64,000 nt of DNA from a virus (Duplodnaviria > Caudoviricetes), in the IMG/VR virus record IMGVR_UViG_3300010354_000081, positions 1,465 to 65,464 of that record, one strand, 5' to 3'. Positions 9,565 through 18,366 of the stretch are shown here, piece by piece; within the stretch, counting starts at the first letter, position 1, and each line of letters opens with the position of its first letter. The notes beneath the pieces are model-generated. The model did not search any database and was not told the origin of the DNA. It worked only from the letters and a program-made list of their open reading frames with translations. A program made the translations under genes and the position numbers.

Positions 9565-9665
9565 AGCTAGACGAGAACGAATGGGCAATGATCGCCGCTG
9601 CATTTCTGGGAGCCGTGCTTGGTGCGGTGCTGGCTGTGCTGTTAATACTTTATAGGAGTTTCTGA
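9561..9665 (+). CDS. Small membrane peptide
   Basis: MKLDENEWAMIAAAFLGAVLGAVLAVLLILYRSF; GGAGG RBS; ATGA overlap with the upstream gene. Confidence 0.6.
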   Translation: MKLDENEWAMIAAAFLGAVLGAVLAVLLILYRSF

Positions 9666-9751
9666 TGGACAACTTAGACGTTGTTGGACTGATATGTTTC
9701 TGCGTCCTGATGGTTGTGTTTGTGATGGACTACATCGGGTTGCTGCAATGA
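9665..9751 (+). CDS. Small membrane peptide
   Basis: MDNLDVVGLICFCVLMVVFVMDYIGLLQ; TGATG and ATGA coupling, AGGAG RBS. Confidence 0.55.
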   Translation: MDNLDVVGLICFCVLMVVFVMDYIGLLQ

Positions 9752-9954
9752 AACTAATCGACAGGAAAACAGGTAAGCCCGTGCAAGTTGGGGACAACCT
9801 GATCCGCAAGAACTACAAAGGGTTCAAGCATCGGTACGAGGTGCTAGGTATCAGCAACGAGTCTGTATATGTGCGGAAGCTCGGAGCCAACGATGCTTGG
9901 GTGTATCTAAATGTGCAACCAGAAGCCCTGCAATTGAGTTGGGTGATGGTATGA
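9748..9954 (+). CDS. Hypothetical early protein
   Basis: MKLIDRKTGKPVQVGD..., coupled start and stop. Confidence 0.65.
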   Translation: MKLIDRKTGKPVQVGDNLIRKNYKGFKHRYEVLGISNESVYVRKLGANDAWVYLNVQPEALQLSWVMV

Positions 9955-10085
9955 GCGAAGCCGAGTGGGATGAGTACATCGACGTGCTGTACGAACAGTG
10001 GGTGGCTAGGCACGAAGCGTATGCGTTCGAGGATAACTATGAGCCATTCGAAACAATCAATCCAAAACAAGTTAACAGGAGTTAA
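9951..10085 (+). CDS. Small acidic early protein
   Basis: MSEAEWDEYIDVLYEQW..., coupled to the upstream stop. Confidence 0.5.
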   Translation: MSEAEWDEYIDVLYEQWVARHEAYAFEDNYEPFETINPKQVNRS

Positions 10086-10089
10086 TAAA

Positions 10090-10518
10090 ATGGGATACAG
10101 ATCAACGGTTGGGATAAGGGTACAACGCACCGATCCAGATGCACCGGACATACCTACGGTGCTTGCGCTTGCCAAAGCCAAAGGAATCATTTCTGACAAC
10201 TTCTTTGAAGCGAATTGGCACAAGGACGCAAGTGGTTGGGATGCTGACAACTTTGTGTTCTACAACGAGGACGTCAAGTGGTACGACGGGTACGAGTCTG
10301 TCGATGGGGTAAACAAGCTGTATGCGTTCTTTGAGGAGCTAGATGATGACGAGGGTAAGTACAAGGGTGCGTTCTGTCGGATTGGTGAAGACCCGACCGA
10401 CGTGACCTCAGAACACTTTGGTGAGGACGGGTGGGAGTTGGTGTGCGTGACCCGAAACATTGAGATCGAGCTGGATTTGCTTGGGGATCGACTTGAGTTA
10501 ACAGGAGTTAATAAATGA
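10090..10518 (+). CDS. Acidic hypothetical early protein
   Basis: MGYRSTV...KWY...RIGED motifs; AGGAG RBS lies inside a palindrome copy. Confidence 0.8.
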   Translation: MGYRSTVGIRVQRTDPDAPDIPTVLALAKAKGIISDNFFEANWHKDASGWDADNFVFYNEDVKWYDGYESVDGVNKLYAFFEELDDDEGKYKGAFCRIGEDPTDVTSEHFGEDGWELVCVTRNIEIELDLLGDRLELTGVNK

Positions 10519-11384
10519 AGAACTACTACGAGCAGTACAAGAACCTGCACGACTCGATCATACCGATACGTGGCAGGGCAGTCGAAGCCCGACCCATTGG
10601 TGAGCGGCGCAGAGATTGGGAGTTGATCGAGATGGACAAAGATGTTGTGGCATGTCGCCTACACAACACGCAAGTCGTACGGTATTACCCAGACGGACGG
10701 ATCGGGTTGCAGTGTGACGGCTGGCAAACCCCATCCACTGCGGACTTCATTCATACCCACTCGCCGTGGCAATGCTTCAAACGCAACAACAAGTTGTGGG
10801 TGATGGTGCCAAGCAAAGCCGAGAATTCGTTGATCGAGAAGTATCTGCACTATCCCATACCAAAGGAGGGCGAGTTGATATTCCAACCAACAGAACATGG
10901 ACAGTGGGAGCCAGTGTCCGAGGTTGTCGTACAGAAACGAGTTGTCAATCGTGAGAAAGCAAAAGATGCACGTGCCCCATACCAGCCGTTCTTGCAGTGG
11001 GCTAAGACATTCATGCAGTTGTCGGACGGGTGGATCATGCACGATACAAGGAAGGCAGTCATTCCGATGGTGGATGGGTACTTTGTTTATCGGGAGTTTT
11101 CCGAGCCGGTGATGTTGAACATGGCGAAGTCGGGTGACGATACGCAGTACTTGGGGGCTTTGTGCGCGGTGCTGTGTGACGGTAGCAATGCAGTCGGTAC
11201 TCGGATAGCGGACAGGCAGGTGCAGAGTGTTGGTGGGCATTCTTATTCAATAACTTATTATGACTTGCAGTTTTCGTATGACCTGCTGAAGTCCCGACTC
11301 TATCGGATGGTGGAGAAGGTGTCGTACATATACGACAAGGTGGACGTGCAAGTAACGGAGAGAACGCAGTCGAACATCTTCTAA
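10515..11384 (+). CDS. Hypothetical early protein
   Basis: 289-aa ORF with RBS, coupled start. Confidence 0.8.
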   Translation: MKNYYEQYKNLHDSIIPIRGRAVEARPIGERRRDWELIEMDKDVVACRLHNTQVVRYYPDGRIGLQCDGWQTPSTADFIHTHSPWQCFKRNNKLWVMVPSKAENSLIEKYLHYPIPKEGELIFQPTEHGQWEPVSEVVVQKRVVNREKAKDARAPYQPFLQWAKTFMQLSDGWIMHDTRKAVIPMVDGYFVYREFSEPVMLNMAKSGDDTQYLGALCAVLCDGSNAVGTRIADRQVQSVGGHSYSITYYDLQFSYDLLKSRLYRMVEKVSYIYDKVDVQVTERTQSNIF

Positions 11385-11388
11385 ATAC

Positions 11389-11417
11389 TTGACATGGGGT
11401 AACTATTATGTTATAAT
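11389..11417 (+). promoter_or_regulatory. Consensus sigma70 promoter
   Basis: TTGACA-17bp-TATAAT with extended -10 TG. Confidence 0.9.
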
Positions 11418-11469
11418 ATGTCTTACAGTGGTAGTAGTAAGAAGTAAATCAACCTAAAAGGAGAAACAA

Positions 11470-12558
11470 ATGAGTGCAATCAACTTTGGTCAGTCCGTAT
11501 CGCTCGTCGAGTTTGCGAAGGCTATCGGGCAGGTGGGTCGTGATGTGACGGTGATCGGTCAAGGCGAGCCGGGGATTGGCAAGTCCTCCATGCTGAAAGT
11601 TCTTGCTGCGCAGTATCCCGAGTATGCGATCTCGTACATCGACTGCACGTTGCTGGACTTGGGTGACTTTGCCCTGCCATATACCGAGACAGTGGAGAAC
11701 GAGTTAACACCTGTTAACAAAATCACGAAGTTCGCACCGAACGCACGGTTCAAGATGCACGAAGGCAAGCCGGTGATCGTGATGCTTGACGAGATTGGCA
11801 AGGCAATGAAGGCAGTCAAGAATGTGTTGCTGACTTTGATGCTGGAGCATCGCATCGGTGACCACTATCTGCCTGAAGGGTCGATTGTGTTTGGCACGAC
11901 AAACTTAATGTCAGATGGTGTCGGTGACATGCTCGAAGCACATGCAAGGAATCGTGTGTGCTTGGTGACTGTGCGCAAACCTGATGCAGACGAGTGGATC
12001 GAGTGGGCAATCAGCAACAACGTCGATCCGACGATCATCGCGTGGGTCAAGCAGTTCCCGCATGCACTGGCAAGTTATACCGATCTGTCGCAGAAAGAGA
12101 ACCCGTACATCTTTAACCCAACGCGGGCTGGTTCCGGTGCGGTGGTTACACCAAGAAGTTTGGAGAAGGCGTCCTTCATCGCCAAGCAACGTAATGAACT
12201 GGGGGATGCGCTGACTATCTCTCTGCTGACTGGGACTATCGGTGAGAGTGCGGCGCGGGACATGCAAGCGTTCTTCACTGTGGTGGACAAGTTGCCATCG
12301 TGGGATGCGATCTTGAATGATCCGAAAAATGCCAAGCTGCCCGAGGATACGGTTGCCAAATGTATCTTGGTGTTCTCTGCGGTGACACGAGTAAGCAAGG
12401 ACTCGCTGGACAAATGGATGCACTACTTGAAGCGTATGGACAAGGAGTGGCAAGCCCTGTTTGCAACCAGCGTGATGAAGTCATCCGACAAGCAGTCGTT
12501 CTGTGTGATGAACAAGGAGTTCAAAGACTGGGCGTTGGAAAACCAGTGGTTGTTCTGA
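11470..12558 (+). CDS. MoxR-related AAA+ ATPase
   Basis: Walker A GEPGIGKS, Walker B IVMLDE, TTN sensor, TPRS motif. Confidence 0.88.
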   Translation: MSAINFGQSVSLVEFAKAIGQVGRDVTVIGQGEPGIGKSSMLKVLAAQYPEYAISYIDCTLLDLGDFALPYTETVENELTPVNKITKFAPNARFKMHEGKPVIVMLDEIGKAMKAVKNVLLTLMLEHRIGDHYLPEGSIVFGTTNLMSDGVGDMLEAHARNRVCLVTVRKPDADEWIEWAISNNVDPTIIAWVKQFPHALASYTDLSQKENPYIFNPTRAGSGAVVTPRSLEKASFIAKQRNELGDALTISLLTGTIGESAARDMQAFFTVVDKLPSWDAILNDPKNAKLPEDTVAKCILVFSAVTRVSKDSLDKWMHYLKRMDKEWQALFATSVMKSSDKQSFCVMNKEFKDWALENQWLF

Positions 12559-12582
12559 CAACAAATTAACAGGAGTTAATAA

Positions 12583-13785
12583 ATGGCTACAAAATTATCT
12601 GCCGAACAGCGTGTGCAACGAGCGCACGTGGCACTCATGAAGCATCCGAACTATTGCTTGTACTCGGGCATCTTCATGCTTGGTAAAACAAGTGTGGAGG
12701 ATGATGTGCCGACTGCATGTACAGATGGAAGAAATGTGAAATACGGACGTACATTCACAGACAAGTTGTCAGAACCCGAGCTACGCGCAGTGATCTTGCA
12801 CGAGAACTTGCACAAAGCGTTCCGGCATCTAAGTACGTGGAAGCATCTGTACAAGGAGCATGCGCAGTTGGCGAACATGGCGTGTGACTACGTGATCAAC
12901 CTGATGATTGACGATTCAGATCAGTCAGGTCAGACCGTGAAGTTGCCCGACTGTGGCTTGCTTGACCCGAAGTATCGTGGCTGGGATTCGCAGCGTGTGT
13001 TCAACGACTTGAAGCAACAAGCGGACAAAGGCTCGGTGCATGTCAAAACCAAAGGCGATCAGGTGGGGCGTGATGTACCGGTAAGCGATGTGCCATCGCT
13101 GGATGATCATGACTGGGATGGATCTGAACAGATGAGCAATGAAGAGAAAGAAGTTCTGGCACGTGACATTGATCAGGCTCTGCGACAAGGCTCGATACTC
13201 GCTGGCAAGATGAAAGGCAACATGCCGCGTGAGATCAAGGAAGTGTTGGAAGCGAAGGTCGATTGGCGTGATGCACTGCGCGAGTTCGTCACATCATTCT
13301 GTATGGACAAGGATGAATCGACATGGCGTCGTCCTTCTCGGCGGTGGATAGGACAAGATGTTTACATGCCATCGTTGATCGGTGAGTCGGTCGGTCGCAT
13401 CGTGGTGGCTATCGACATGTCAGGCTCTATCGGTAACGAGGAGATCGGTCAGTTCTTGGGTGAGATTCGCAGCATCTGTGATCGGGTCAAGCCAGAGGGT
13501 ATCGACGTGCTGTATTGGGATACACGAGTTGCGCAGCATGAGAAGTATGAGCAAGACCAACTGGACAACTTGTTGTCGAGTACCAAGCCAAGAGGTGGTG
13601 GGGGTACGGCTCCGAGTTGCATCCCGCAGTACATGGCTGACAAGAAGATCAAGGCTGAGTGTGCAGTAATCCTGACCGACGGTTATGTGGGTGGGGATTG
13701 GGGTAATGACTGGCAGTGCCCGACGCTATGGGGTATCACGTCGGATCAAGTAAGCGCGGTAGGTAAGACGGTTCGTATTAGTTAA
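12583..13785 (+). CDS. Metallopeptidase-like + vWA protein (DUF2201-type)
   Basis: TACTDG, HENLH (HExxH), N.ACDYVIN; MIDAS DMSGS, GGGGT, LTDGY. Confidence 0.88.
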   Translation: MATKLSAEQRVQRAHVALMKHPNYCLYSGIFMLGKTSVEDDVPTACTDGRNVKYGRTFTDKLSEPELRAVILHENLHKAFRHLSTWKHLYKEHAQLANMACDYVINLMIDDSDQSGQTVKLPDCGLLDPKYRGWDSQRVFNDLKQQADKGSVHVKTKGDQVGRDVPVSDVPSLDDHDWDGSEQMSNEEKEVLARDIDQALRQGSILAGKMKGNMPREIKEVLEAKVDWRDALREFVTSFCMDKDESTWRRPSRRWIGQDVYMPSLIGESVGRIVVAIDMSGSIGNEEIGQFLGEIRSICDRVKPEGIDVLYWDTRVAQHEKYEQDQLDNLLSSTKPRGGGGTAPSCIPQYMADKKIKAECAVILTDGYVGGDWGNDWQCPTLWGITSDQVSAVGKTVRIS

Positions 13786-13813
13786 CACCTGTTAATAAAT
13801 TAAGGAGAGTGCC

Positions 13814-14680
13814 ATGATTCAGAATAGCGCAATGTTGGTTGACCTGAACATCTCAGTGTGGACAGGTCGCAAGCAAGACAAGCGTGTGTCGGAAGAGATC
13901 GATGCCGCCAAGAGTACCAAGACGAAGGCTGGGAACTATCATAAGAAGCTGCTGGCAGGTACGCAAAAGCTCGACGATTTGCAGAAACTTGTTACTGGGA
14001 TTCGTGCATGGCACTACGCGCAGACGCTGCCGTGGTCGGATGGTGGCTCACGCCTACTACCCATGAAGAACTTCTTTGACTACAAGGCAACACTCAATGA
14101 CCTTGAGACGCAGTTCAATGAGGCGGTGGAAGCGTTCTTAACTGACTATCCAACACTTGTATCCGCAGCGGCGTTTCAGTTGGGTGACTTGTTTGACTCC
14201 GAGGAGTATCCGAGCGTGGATAGGTTGCGCGATAAGTTCCGGTTCCGGTTCGTGTTCCTGCCTGTGCCTGACGTGGGTGACTTCCGTGTTGATATTAACG
14301 AGCAGCACAAGGAAGAACTCAAAGCGCAATACGAATCGTTTTATGAGAACAAGTTGTCAGAAGCAATGCAAGACGCGTGGTCCCGGCTTCACGAATGTTT
14401 ATCCAAGATGAGCGAGAAGCTGGCGAACGCACCATCCCCGAGAATGACGAAAGACGGTGAGGTGTACACGCAGATATTCCGCGATTCGCTGGTGACTAAT
14501 GCGGTGGAGTTGTGCGAGTTGCTGACCAAGCTGAACGTGACGAACGATACCAAGTTGGAGAACGCACGTAAGACGTTGGAGTCGTTGATCGTAGGCGTGT
14601 CGCCCAAAGACTTGCGTGAGGATGAACACATGCGGTTGGATGTGAAGTCGAAGGTCGATGAAATCCTGAGCATGTTCTGA
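13814..14680 (+). CDS. Helical protein, DUF3150-like
   Basis: WTGRK.D, TLPW...G.RLLP, YP...L..KF motifs; typical third member next to AAA/vWA pairs. Confidence 0.55.
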   Translation: MIQNSAMLVDLNISVWTGRKQDKRVSEEIDAAKSTKTKAGNYHKKLLAGTQKLDDLQKLVTGIRAWHYAQTLPWSDGGSRLLPMKNFFDYKATLNDLETQFNEAVEAFLTDYPTLVSAAAFQLGDLFDSEEYPSVDRLRDKFRFRFVFLPVPDVGDFRVDINEQHKEELKAQYESFYENKLSEAMQDAWSRLHECLSKMSEKLANAPSPRMTKDGEVYTQIFRDSLVTNAVELCELLTKLNVTNDTKLENARKTLESLIVGVSPKDLREDEHMRLDVKSKVDEILSMF

Positions 14681-14714
14681 CAATAAGTTAACACCTGTTA
14701 ATAAGGAGAGTGCG

Positions 14715-15512
14715 ATGTTGAATTTAGTTAACCCCGAAGATGCCGAAGGCCAAGAGATACTGAGTATTGTGAAGGAGTATCGCAAGTCGCAGGTCAGTCG
14801 GTTCCCTGTCGATGTTAAGTTTGGGCAGCAGTTCGCTCGGTTCTACGACACTCGGCACCCAGAGAAATCAATCGCTTCAGTCTTTCGTGGGAAGGATGAG
14901 AAGGGTAAGGAGTTCTGGGGGATTGAGTCTCGACTGATTGAAGCGACGCGGTTCACTGGCGCACGTAGGCATCAGAAGCGCACCACAGATGTAAAGAAGT
15001 TGCTGCGTTACATGCAGGACTATATTCGCACGGTGGCTATCTCAGAGATGGCAGCTCGGTGGCACAGAGATTTTGAAACGTCGATTCGAGATTGGATGTA
15101 CTCAGCAGACAAACTTGTTCGTGATCACTGCACGGTAACGAGAGACGAGTTGATGCGAGAGATACTCCGACTGCAAGCAACTGGCTACACACCACAGACA
15201 GAGAGGTTCGCACAGATCGTTCAGTCGGGCGTGCCAGCATGGGAAGAGAAGATGCGGCGTGAGTCACGCAAGGTGATGCAGGTGTATGTGCATGTGAATA
15301 CTGATGATACGGTCGAGGTGTTCTGTCCTGACAAGTTGGGCTACGCAGGTATCCAAGAAGGCAACAACTTCTTCCAATCGCTCGACGATGCCCCAGTCGC
15401 CATACGACAACAAATTGCCATGTTACGCATGATGGAGGCGAAGGTGTTCGTTCCCGAGGTTGGTGTGCGGGTCACCGATACAGGCTATTGGATTGAGGTG
15501 ATGAGCGAGTAA
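14715..15512 (+). CDS. Hypothetical protein
   Basis: 265-aa ORF with AGGAGAGTGC RBS. Confidence 0.8.
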   Translation: MLNLVNPEDAEGQEILSIVKEYRKSQVSRFPVDVKFGQQFARFYDTRHPEKSIASVFRGKDEKGKEFWGIESRLIEATRFTGARRHQKRTTDVKKLLRYMQDYIRTVAISEMAARWHRDFETSIRDWMYSADKLVRDHCTVTRDELMREILRLQATGYTPQTERFAQIVQSGVPAWEEKMRRESRKVMQVYVHVNTDDTVEVFCPDKLGYAGIQEGNNFFQSLDDAPVAIRQQIAMLRMMEAKVFVPEVGVRVTDTGYWIEVMSE

Positions 15513-15530
15513 AAATTTTTGTTGTGGGGC

Positions 15531-15559
15531 TTGACAATGTTCGAGTCTATTTATAAATT
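15531..15559 (+). promoter_or_regulatory. sigma70-like promoter
   Basis: TTGACA-17bp-TAAATT in an intergenic gap. Confidence 0.6.
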
Positions 15560-15580
15560 GTAGCCACAACGAGGATTATT

Positions 15581-15853
15581 ATGGATCGAAGATTTGTTAT
15601 CTGGGTAACAATAGACGAGCGCGGTGATTCGATCAGTATCGTTGCGCGAGATAACGAGTCGCTTGAAAACGTCACCATCAAGGAGTTTCACGTTGCGCCT
15701 AAGTTCGTGGTCGAGCGGTTCGCTATGCTTAAGTTAACAGATGTTAATAAATCTGATAAGGGAGAAATTATAGGTAGAAGGCTGCAAGACAACATAATCA
15801 TCATCTACATTACGTACGATGAATTCCAACAAATAAAGGAAGAGTGCAAATGA
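15581..15853 (+). CDS. Hypothetical protein
   Basis: 90-aa ORF, GAGG RBS. Confidence 0.7.
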   Translation: MDRRFVIWVTIDERGDSISIVARDNESLENVTIKEFHVAPKFVVERFAMLKLTDVNKSDKGEIIGRRLQDNIIIIYITYDEFQQIKEECK

Positions 15854-16239
15854 AAAACAAATTATCAGTTCGTGAAGCAGTAACTAAAGTCATCAAAGAG
15901 AACGGTGCTTTGACACCGATTGAGATAATCAAAAATATCGCAAGACCGAAGGCACAAATTTATACGGCTATCTCAAAACTGAAAAGCTACGGCTACATCA
16001 CTCGCCTTACCGATGGGCGATACGCAATAACCGATGCACCTGCATTGACCGCTATGAAGCCTGATATTGAGCCGATAGTTAAGAAGGTACAGGCCATGAA
16101 CACAGAAAACCGACTTGCGGCGGCAAGAGCTGAGATCGACAACCTGCAACACAAGCTGCAAGAGCTGACAATTAAGTATTACGACACGCTTGCTGTTTTG
16201 AAGTATTTGGAATCTAAACTAATCATTACGAAGAAGTAA
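15850..16239 (+). CDS. Winged-HTH protein with C-terminal coiled coil
   Basis: GALTPIEI...KAQIYTAISKLKSYGYI....GRY pattern. Confidence 0.65.
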   Translation: MKNKLSVREAVTKVIKENGALTPIEIIKNIARPKAQIYTAISKLKSYGYITRLTDGRYAITDAPALTAMKPDIEPIVKKVQAMNTENRLAAARAEIDNLQHKLQELTIKYYDTLAVLKYLESKLIITKK

Positions 16240-16241
16240 TC

Positions 16242-16574
16242 ATGCCAACACCTGAGAGCAAAGTTAAGGACAAGGTGAAGAAGTTACTAGCTGCGCATGG
16301 AGCTTACCACTTCATGCCAGCTACGCATGGTTATGGGTCATCGGGTGTGCCTGACATTGCAGTTTGTCTGCATGGTCGGTTCATTGGCATCGAGTGCAAA
16401 GCCAATGGCGGCAAGGCCACCGCTCTCCAACTGAAGAATTTGCGGGAACTATCATCGGCAGGGGGCATAGCCGTGCTTGTCGATGAAACCGGATTGGACG
16501 ATTTGGAAGCTTTATTAACAGGCGTTAATAAATTAAACGATGGCATTTTTCTTAGTTTTTTGAAAGGAGACTGA
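16242..16574 (+). CDS. VRR-NUC / PD-(D/E)xK nuclease (resolvase-like)
   Basis: TPE, GVPDI, IECKA, T.LQ motifs. Confidence 0.85.
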   Translation: MPTPESKVKDKVKKLLAAHGAYHFMPATHGYGSSGVPDIAVCLHGRFIGIECKANGGKATALQLKNLRELSSAGGIAVLVDETGLDDLEALLTGVNKLNDGIFLSFLKGD

Positions 16575-16575
16575 C

Positions 16576-16758
16576 ATGTTGAAAAACGGATACTTCATTA
16601 AAGAAGACCCTCCCAAGATAGGCGCACATTACATGCCGTCTAACAAGCCAACAAATTTTAGTAAGGAAGAGCAGTTCATGCAGAACGTCTTGCTAGGCGT
16701 ACGTGAGCAGCGCCAATCCTTCATGTCAAAAATCTTTGGGTTCATGATTCGCATCTAA
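16576..16758 (+). CDS. Hypothetical protein
   Basis: 60 aa, AGGAG RBS. Confidence 0.65.
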   Translation: MLKNGYFIKEDPPKIGAHYMPSNKPTNFSKEEQFMQNVLLGVREQRQSFMSKIFGFMIRI

Positions 16759-16770
16759 CTGGAGAAAGAA

Positions 16771-16977
16771 ATGCGCCCACCGTTTTTGCTTGTTGATACG
16801 ATGATTCAAGAATTAGGTTTGAAGAACGACGCTAACGTGGCAAAGTTACTAAAGATTCCACCAAGCACCATCAGTAAATGGCGGCACGGTACGGCAAGCG
16901 TATCTGGTGAGAAGGTATTGAGGGTATACGACGTGACAGGTTGGTCAATCGAAAAGATTAGAGGACTATTGCCATGA
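16771..16977 (+). CDS. XRE/Cro-like HTH protein
   Basis: NDANVAKLLKIPPSTISKWRHG helix-turn-helix. Confidence 0.8.
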   Translation: MRPPFLLVDTMIQELGLKNDANVAKLLKIPPSTISKWRHGTASVSGEKVLRVYDVTGWSIEKIRGLLP

Positions 16978-17078
16978 TGCTCTTACTCGCAAGTATCGTA
17001 TTTATAGGCGTTGGTGTAGCAGTACTGGCGTTCGCAATCGTGCTTGTGACGTGTATGCTTTTGAATGAAGAACCTTAA
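16974..17078 (+). CDS. Small membrane peptide
   Basis: MMLLLASIVFIGVGVAVLAFAIVLVTCMLLNEEP; coupled start. Confidence 0.55.
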   Translation: MMLLLASIVFIGVGVAVLAFAIVLVTCMLLNEEP

Positions 17079-17088
17079 AGGAAACAGG

Positions 17089-17292
17089 ATGACTATTGAA
17101 GCAGTCAACTATAAAGTAATTTGGGAATGGATCAACGCAGTGTGGGCAAAATCATTTGTATCAGTTGGGTGTTTGTTAATTGGCTTAGGTGTTGGTGGGG
17201 TGATGGCAGAAAGCCGAATCGTATCTGACTGCAAGTTTGCCAATTCATTTCGCGTAGACATCCAAGCATTTAGCTGCCAGAGGAAGCTATGA
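17089..17292 (+). CDS. Small membrane protein
   Basis: One hydrophobic segment, AAGGA RBS. Confidence 0.6.
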   Translation: MTIEAVNYKVIWEWINAVWAKSFVSVGCLLIGLGVGGVMAESRIVSDCKFANSFRVDIQAFSCQRKL

Positions 17293-17483
17293 GTATCGAG
17301 ACGCCTGTGAAGGTACGGTTCTGCACGAGCTGCCAAGCAGACAGAGAAGAAGCTACTGGCGAGGTCAAAATAAAAGGCAAGATCAAACGCTGGATATGCC
17401 GAGCCTGTTTAGATCGCACGACTGTAAGTATTTACCGCAACGTAAGTAAGGAAAAGTACGATGTTAATTGCAAGAAAAGCTGA
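17289..17483 (+). CDS. Small Zn-ribbon protein
   Basis: CTSC...CRAC. Confidence 0.65.
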   Translation: MSIETPVKVRFCTSCQADREEATGEVKIKGKIKRWICRACLDRTTVSIYRNVSKEKYDVNCKKS

Positions 17484-17673
17484 ACGGTTCGCTAATTCAC
17501 TGCTTGAGATGCCGGTGGGGGAGAACGACATAGAAATAGCTGCGGTGCTAAGACACTTAGCTAAAGTTTATGAAGCCGCTTTCGATATGACGTACGCAGA
17601 CACACACGAACAAAGCAAGAAAGCTTATGTCGAAATGATTAACCTGATCAAAGGGCTAAAGCATGGCGATTGA
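17461..17673 (+). CDS. Hypothetical protein
   Basis: 70 aa in a coupled operon. Confidence 0.6.
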   Translation: MLIARKAERFANSLLEMPVGENDIEIAAVLRHLAKVYEAAFDMTYADTHEQSKKAYVEMINLIKGLKHGD

Positions 17674-17860
17674 TCCGAAGGACGAAAAGATTTTTGCGTA
17701 TATCTTGGAGCGGAACGCCCCCACCACAATCAAACAAGTTGTGAAGGCGCTTACTGTTAGCGAGACGCATGTGAAACGTGCGCTGGATCATTTCGTGTCG
17801 AATGGATTGGCAGAAGCAACCAAGCAGGGCAGCATTAAGTTTTATAAGGTGAGAGCTTGA
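17663..17860 (+). CDS. Small winged-HTH protein
   Basis: TTIKQVVKALTVSETHVKRALDHFVSNGL. Confidence 0.65.
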   Translation: MAIDPKDEKIFAYILERNAPTTIKQVVKALTVSETHVKRALDHFVSNGLAEATKQGSIKFYKVRA

Positions 17861-18069
17861 GCCAGCCAAGCAAAGGCAAGCTGGTTAAGTTGCAGCGGAC
17901 GCTGCGTGGTAGGTATTTGTTCACCGTAAAAGATGTTGCGCGAATACTGAAGCGAAGCATACGCAGCGCGGAGCGGTACATCGCCATGCTAAAAGAGCTT
18001 GATGTAATCGAACTCAGATTCCGAGGCGAAGATCGTTATTACTATTACCGTGTCAGGAGAAACAAATGA
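17857..18069 (+). CDS. Small winged-HTH protein
   Basis: TVKDVARILKRSIRSAERYIAML; TTG start. Confidence 0.6.
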   Translation: MSQPSKGKLVKLQRTLRGRYLFTVKDVARILKRSIRSAERYIAMLKELDVIELRFRGEDRYYYYRVRRNK

Positions 18070-18365
18070 AGTTGGATAAATTGGCGCAAGCGCTAAACAA
18101 TGTGCGCGACAAGTTCAAAGTCGATAGCACCGACCTGCTGATCCTTAACTCTGTGATCGAGATGAACAAGCAGGGTGACGTGCTGACCATGCAGCTAATA
18201 AAAAATTTTGAAGGCGCCTCCGAAGCTACAACACACGCACGTATGAAGAAGTTGGTGCAGTGTGGGCTGCTCTCACGAGTAGGAGACGAGGACAATCTGC
18301 GTATCAAGAAGTTGAAACCCACAAACAAAACAAACGAACTTGTCAGATACTTAGCGGAGATTTGA
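18066..18365 (+). CDS. MarR-like winged-HTH protein
   Basis: SEATTHARMKKLVQCGLLSR..DEDNLRIK. Confidence 0.7.
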   Translation: MKLDKLAQALNNVRDKFKVDSTDLLILNSVIEMNKQGDVLTMQLIKNFEGASEATTHARMKKLVQCGLLSRVGDEDNLRIKKLKPTNKTNELVRYLAEI

Positions 18366-18366
18366 T

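Larger units (their letters stand above)
8239..16528. repeat. Dispersed palindromic motif TTAAC-N4-GTTAA (about 12 copies), putative operators
   Basis: Copies start at 8239, 8406 (one base shorter), 8985, 9526, 10072, 10498, 11704, 12566, 13782, 14688, 15734, 16515. Confidence 0.9.

Noticed and set aside
10072-12579. AC-AGGA-GU loops as CsrA/RsmA binding sites
   Set aside because: Only three copies have GGA and reversed ACCT cores are more frequent; the AGGAG variant is explained by overlap with the SD
8239-16528. Palindrome array as CRISPR repeats, integron attC sites, dif/XerD arms or CtrA boxes
   Set aside because: Spacing is 0.4-1.2 kb and irregular; no GTTRRRY/RYYYAAC-bounded long hairpins or integrase; no XerC arm; TTAA half-sites are 6 bp apart, whereas CtrA needs 7
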